Shown here: positions 60,583 through 64,000 of the stretch, in pieces
Layout: each line of letters begins with the position of its first letter
Position numbering within the stretch: position 1 is the first letter of the stretch
Origin: Macrostomum lignano
Lineage: Eukaryota
NCBI GenBank assembly: GCA_002269645.1
Contig: NIVC01000945.1
Span: 62,001-126,000 of the forward strand
Length of the DNA: 64,000 nucleotides
Direction: 5' to 3'
Position numbers and translations under genes: made by a program
Notes under the pieces: model-generated
Told to the model about the DNA's origin: nothing
Databases searched by the model: none
Seen by the model: only the letters and a program-made list of their open reading frames with translations

Positions 60583-63500
60583 TCAGGATGCAGTCGATCT
60601 CGGCGAGCAGCTCTGGTGTGAGTCTGGGCGCCAGCGTCAGAGCCAGGATGTCCTCGTACAGCTGCGCAGCGCAACTGGCACCGAGCAGTACGCAGTGTGC
60701 ATCGGCATTGCTCAGACACCAGGCTATTGACAGCTGGGCTAAACTGCAGCTAAGCTGCTCGCACACGGGACTCAGCTGACGGAGCATCTGCTGCTGTAAG
60801 CGACCCTCTTCGCTGAGGATTTTGTCGCGTAGCCAGGAGTAGCTGCAGGCGGGTTGATTGATTGGTTGACTGATTGGGTGGTTGATTGATTGATTGATTG
60901 ACTGACTCACTGATTGATTGACTGATTGATTGGCTGACTGACTGATTGATTGATTGATTGACTGATTGATTGATTGACTGCTTGTTTGATTAAATTATTG
61001 ATTTATTGATTTATTGATTGATTTATTGACTGAGTGATTGATTGATCGATTGATTTACTGATTGATTGGTTGATTGGCTGACTGACTGATTGATTGGTTT
61101 GTTAATTGGTTTGTCACATATCTATTGATGACTGATTGGTTAGTTTTTGCTATTGATTGATTGATTCGTTTATAGATTGATTATTAAATGGTTGATCGAG
61201 TCGGTGTCTAACTTGCCGCAATCAGGCACTGGGATGGCTATTCCCCACTAAGCTAGCTAACTACCCCACTCCAGCACTCACCCGGGCACAGACGCTCTGG
61301 ACCCGACCGGCACTCCGCCCTCGTACTTGCCGGACAGAATTCCGCATGCCAGAGGGCTGAACGTCACAGCGCCGAGGCCCAGACGAGACTGCAGCTCAGG
61401 CAGGTGCGACTGGAGTTTGTCCCGCTGCAATAAATTATACTCCAGCTGTTCGGCCGATGGCGGTATGAGATTGAACTGTCGCGACACCGAATGAGCCTCC
61501 ATTATCTCAACAGGTGTCCATCTGTAGGTGCCCGCCGAGAGTAATAAAAGAATTGCTATTTTGTTTTCATAAAATGCCACTGGAGACCGGCAGATATTAG
61601 AACAACTACTGGATGGGCCATTCAGCAAATTTGCGTGTAAGCTACTTTCAGTTCAGTACATGCTTGGGCGCAACCTAGGGATTCACCCGGCCGTTTCTAT
61701 TGGCAACACACACATGTAAGTCGCTATTGGACGGAATAGTAGTCACGTGACTGCTCTCAGCCAATAGCGACTTACATGTGTGTGTTGCCATTAGAAACGG
61801 CCGGGTGATTCCCAAGGTTGCGCATGACTCACTTTAGTAGTAAGTTAGGCAGAAGCATTTAATGTATTTTTTAAGCCAAGGCTCATTTATTGGCTCTTTT
61901 CCCCAGCTTAAACCCCCCAACCGCGCCTTTCTCCTCTACCCCCCGCCCCGCCCCAATTTTTATTGCCTTCCTCGGAATTCCAGCCTAAAGTTGCTATGTA
62001 CATTTCAGTGGAGTGGCTAATGTACAGTATTGCTGAGCCAATTAGCAAGTTGTCCTATAATAAGGTTTCTAAACTTATCTAAGTAATTTTAGCTGCCTTT
62101 GTTTTAACAAAATAGCTTATGTCTTCTTATTTGTTACTGAACTAAAAGTAGAAAGCTGTTTTAATAAGTACTCGCAAGTACTCGGAATGAGACTAAATTA
62201 ATGAGATTAAATTGTACTCTTAGGCTTTTTCGCACCTATCAATCTTTAATATCCATCCAAGACCCGTGATCTGAACTCATAGCAGATAAAAGATTGTGCA
62301 TCTCAACAGATTAAATTTTACCTCGTCATCCTCTTGATCCTCTTGACAGCAGGAAGTCGATATAGGACTTTGGCAGTGAGCCAGCTAATCCAATCTATCT
62401 GATATCTTAATTACCAATTAATACATATATCTACCAGATCATATCTCTATGCAGATTCTTTGTTTGCTTTGTTCTCCATCAATCAAAATCCTATATTTAT
62501 TGAGCATTTAGTTCTGTTTCCTGAATGCGCCTAATGAACTGTAATTGATGACATTGTGCACGATTTAGACTGGGCAGTTAAGTTAGTTCTTGGCAAATTT
62601 ATACTGTTTCATTTTGGGTACCGGTTTTTTAGCTGGGCTATAGGCTCGAATAACCCTGATGCTTTATTGAGTTCGTAAATCTCCCAAATTGCCGAATCTC
62701 CCACATCCTAAAATCTCCCACATTCCCAAATCTCCCACATCCCGAAATCTCCCAATTCCCAAATCTCTCACATTCCCAAATCTCCCACATCCCCAACTCT
62801 CCCACATCCCCAACTCTCCCACATCCCCAAATCTCTCACATTCCCAATTCTCCCACATCCCCAAATCTCTCACATTCCAAATTCTCCCACATCCCCAAAT
62901 CTCTCACATCATCAAATCTCCCACACCCCCGAATCTCACAATCTCCAAATCTCCCTCATCCCCAAATCTCTCACATCCTCAGATTTCCCACAATCCTGAA
63001 TTTTCCACATCTCTTAATCTCCAACATCCCCAAATCTTCCACATCTCCAAATCTCACACATTCCCAAATCTCACACATCCCTAAATATCCTATGTCTCTA
63101 AATCTCCAACATCCTCAAATCTCCCACATCCCCAAATCTCCCACATCCCCAAGTCTCACCCATCCCAGAATCTCTCACATCCCCAAATCTCCCTCATCCC
63201 AGAATCTCTCACATCCTCAAACACCCTGAATCCTACGTCTCATACATGTCATGCTATTCAGTCCAATATTCAACAATAAGCCTTCAAGCAAAGTTCTCAC
63301 CTAGACGTGCCCCAGTAGAATGCCCATCCCTGATTTATGCAGAAGGTAAACGCCCGCACAATTTCTTCCATTGGCGTGCCCGGATCCGGCCTACTAGCGA
63401 ACACGAGGTCCACGTAGGTCATGCGAAGCCGCCGCAACGAGTCCCGCAGGCCTTCGACTATGCGTTTCCTAGAAAGTCCGCCCTCGGAAGCCGCCGCTCC

Positions 63501-63673
63501 GCCCCATTGGTGAATTTTGGTGCTGATTACGTAGGACGAGCGACGCCAGGGCTTCTGCTGGAGGAGGCGGCCGAGCAGCTCTTCGGCTCCACCTGAGGCG
63601 TACACCTCAGCGGTGTCGAATAGATTGATGCCGCAGGCGTAGGCTAGGGTTAGTAGGTCGTCAGCTACGGAAT
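60583..63673 (-). CDS. KCNAB: Voltage-gated K+ channel beta subunit (aldo-keto reductase fold), 5'-truncated; exons 63301..63673, 61282..61521, 60583..60842
   Basis: [38 protein letters not shown]|[23 protein letters not shown] and LLGAS are Kv-beta/Hyperkinetic signatures; splice phases are consistent. Confidence 0.95.
60855..61200. repeat. Degenerate (GATT/GACT)n microsatellite
   Basis: Direct reading. Confidence 0.92.
61605..62185. mobile_element. MITE family copy 2 (inverted relative to copy 1), interrupted by a hairpin insertion
   Basis: Shared segments with 50948-51741, e.g. ctactttcagttcagta, cttgctaattgg.tcagcaata, actgaaatgtacat. Confidence 0.72.
61668..61823. mobile_element. 156-bp near-perfect hairpin element nested in MITE copy 2
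   Basis: 63-bp arms with 3 mismatches; the 30-nt loop is itself palindromic around CACGTG. Confidence 0.85.
62680..63230. repeat. Degenerate 16-20-bp minisatellite (cccaaatctcccacat)
   Basis: Direct reading. Confidence 0.88.
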
Positions 63674-63749
63674 CTGAAATTAAATGAAAAATGGCAGTCA
63701 GACAATCAGAATGAATGGAGAGAGAAATTAATGACAGGAAAGAGTGGAT

Positions 63750-64000
63750 TCTGGGGTAGGAATTGAGAGCTAGGCGGGAGTGGAGTGATGTGTGTACTGG
63801 GGTAGGAATTGAGAGCCAGGCGGGAGTGGAGTGAGGTGGGTGCTGGGGTAGGAATTGAGAGCCAGGCGGGAGTGGAGTGAGGTGGGTGCTGGGGTAGGAA
63901 TTGAGAGCCAGGCGGGAGTGGAGTGAGGTGGGTGCTGGGGTAGGAATTGAGAGCCAGGCGGGAGTGGAGTGAGGTGAGTGCTGGGGTAGGAATCAAGAGT
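63750..64000. repeat. 46-bp G-rich tandem repeat, runs off the window
   Basis: ggggtaggaattgagagccaggcgggagtggagtgaggtgggtgct copies. Confidence 0.92.

Overview
Eukaryotic (metazoan) genomic DNA with GT-AG introns. The gene style (GC-rich exons, polyQ proteins, a different minisatellite in most large introns) suggests a free-living flatworm such as Macrostomum, but that is inference only. Genes reconstructed by hand: a 5'-truncated ribosomal S6 kinase (+), a divergent 89-aa LC8-type dynein light chain (+), a complete 376-aa actin with TATA and twin CArG boxes (-), an orphan repeat-containing ORF (-), a complete 833-aa class C GPCR (-), a coiled-coil/SAH + ZU5 + death-domain protein (+), a Q/P-rich LARP4-like protein (+) and a 5'-truncated Kv channel beta subunit (-). 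Mobile DNA: two Tc1/IS630-type relics, two copies of a tRNA-derived SINE, a decayed tyrosine-recombinase element and several MITEs. Best lead: the putative last exon of the Kv-beta gene has TGA-CGG followed by an in-frame 106-codon polyQ/Gly extension ending in a CaaX box (CVVS), a candidate for stop-codon readthrough that adds a prenylation signal. S6K also appears to have alternative C-termini, one ending in a CaaX-like motif. A CpG-erased block lies at about 41-44 kb. All exon structures are manual predictions without transcript data.
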